A stretch of DNA of 63,968 nucleotides, filler included, from Lenisia limosa (lineage: Eukaryota > Protista > Breviatea), in the NCBI GenBank assembly GCA_001655205.1. It is 14 parts of 14 records of this genome, joined end to end, with 100 filler letters (N's around TTAATTAATTAA, not from the genome) between each part and the next. Parts side by side here need not be neighbours in the genome. Positions count along the whole stretch, not along the records: positions 62,517 to 63,968 come from LPNZ01006117.1; 13 more parts are not named here. The stretch is one strand, 5' to 3'. Both the position numbers and the translations under genes were made by a program. The notes under the pieces were generated by a model that was not told the DNA's origin, did not search any database, and saw nothing but the letters and a program-made list of their open reading frames with translations. Below, one piece after another: positions 62,838 through 63,968 of this stretch. Every line of letters starts with the position of its first letter. The stretch's first letter is position 1.

Positions 62838-62849
62838 CCCCCCCCCCAC

Positions 62850-63968
62850 TTGAGTCTTCTTCTATCCTCAGGGTCATTGGAGAGTTTCAGATCATTGATC
62901 ATGTCTATCTCGTACGCCGCTTTCTNNNNNNNNNNNNNNNNNNNNNNNNNNNNNNNNNNNNNNNNNNNNNNNNNNNNTTTATGAAACAAAAAACCCAAAA
63001 TCAATTCCTGGCTGACAACACACAAGGGTTGATTACAACAAAATAAACAAAGCCCAGACGGGGGGAGTAAAATTGGAATATTTATGAAACAAAAAAAAAA
63101 CAAATCAACTCTGTTGGCTAACAACAGTGAAGATAAGTGGAGAAATGTTTGAATCAAACAAGCCAACTCAGTTGGCTGAACTGTAGTACAAGACGGATGT
63201 AAACAACAAAACAAAAACAAACGGGTGGAAGATGATTAAAAGCCCGAGAAGAAAGATACATGGGGTGCAGGAGCTTGATACAGAAAGTAAACTACAAAGA
63301 CACCCCTTTGATATTTCTCATTTCGACAGACAAATTACATTCGAATGCACCATAGTGTAGGGTTAATTGGTGCTAAAATCAACCGCATCTTCACCATAGT
63401 TTATCAACGACATCCAGCACCAACCTGCGACATTGTCCGCATCTTCTTCCTCATAGCAACCTCACTGGCTGTTTGTCTGGGAACTGGATCCTCAATTTGT
63501 CCTTCTTCGAGTTCTAAAAGGTGAGAGGGAGCGGAGAACCCAGTCAGAGATTGCGGGGGGGGGGGGGGGNNNNNNNNNNNNNNNNNNNNNNNNNNNNNNN
63601 NNNNNNNNNNNNNNNNNNNNNNNNNNNNNNNNNNNNNNNNNNNNNNNNNNNNNNNNNNNNNNNNNNNNNNNNNNNNNNNNNNNNNNNNNNNNNNNCCTCA
63701 CCTGAATCACTGTCTTTGGGCTTGGGAGGGAGTGGTGGGGTGCCAGCCTTCTGTTGTGTCAAATAAGCAGAATAAAATGTTCCTCAAATAAACAGAGAAA
63801 AAGATGTTATTGAGACCGACAATACCTATTTACATAACAAGGACTGTATGAAAAATGAGAAAAGTAAGGAGGATGTACATTGTTTTTGTTGTTCTAAAAA
63901 GAAGATGGAAACACCCCTCCCACCTCATCCTCAGCAGGAACGTCGCCGTCACGCCCCTTGATGTCCTC
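62850..63968 (-). CDS. Hypothetical protein exons
   Basis: EDIKGRDGDVPAEDE, TQQKAGTPPLPPKPKDSDS, ELEEGQIEDPVPRQTASEVAMRKKMRTMSQ, KAAYEIDMINDLKLSNDPEDRRRLK. Confidence 0.5.
62979..63125 (-). repeat. Two head-to-tail family A copies
   Basis: Minus strand ...CATAAATATTCCAATTTTACTCCCCCC-GTCTGGGCTTTGTTTATTTTG...GTTTCATAA then gap. Confidence 0.85.

Noticed and set aside
1-63968. Gene order as a functional cluster (e.g. DIS3L2, TDP1, ARP4, SPT5)
   Set aside because: These genes are on different concatenated scaffolds, so adjacency across spacers has no meaning
1-63968. Stop-codon reassignment
   Set aside because: No reconstructed conserved exon needs an in-frame TAA, TAG or TGA; TDP1 and ARP4 end at TGA in the expected places

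Overview
Intron-rich nuclear DNA of an unidentified eukaryote. CCDC146 and an Sfi1-repeat protein suggest a flagellate, and a mitochondrial PDK/BCKDK-type kinase suggests an aerobic one. The standard genetic code fits every exon I reconstructed. The window is not contiguous: it is about 14 scaffolds joined by artificial 100-bp spacers (44 N + TTAATTAATTAA + 44 N), with many internal gaps, so most supplied ORFs are spurious. Hand splicing with GT-AG introns recovers partial genes for PDK/BCKDK, a filamin/TSP3/REJ-like surface protein, an Sfi1-repeat protein, a Cache-TM-cyclic nucleotide phosphodiesterase, GH20 beta-hexosaminidase, a sulfatase/LtaS-like protein, DIS3L2, TDP1, a PH protein, ARP4, ABCF3, SPT5, CCDC146 and several hypothetical proteins. 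The most unusual signal is in the introns. Donors are commonly followed by G-runs and acceptors preceded by C-runs. Two dispersed repeat families are strongly sense-oriented to their host genes: 'A' ends at or close to the 3' splice site, and 'H' can start with a donor-like GT. One intron is simply H+A, consistent with an Introner-like intron-generating element. Splice junctions are also often tandemly duplicated, and there are TA-flanked Tc1/mariner-type MITEs. All coordinates, copy counts and protein assignments are by eye and approximate; no searches were run.
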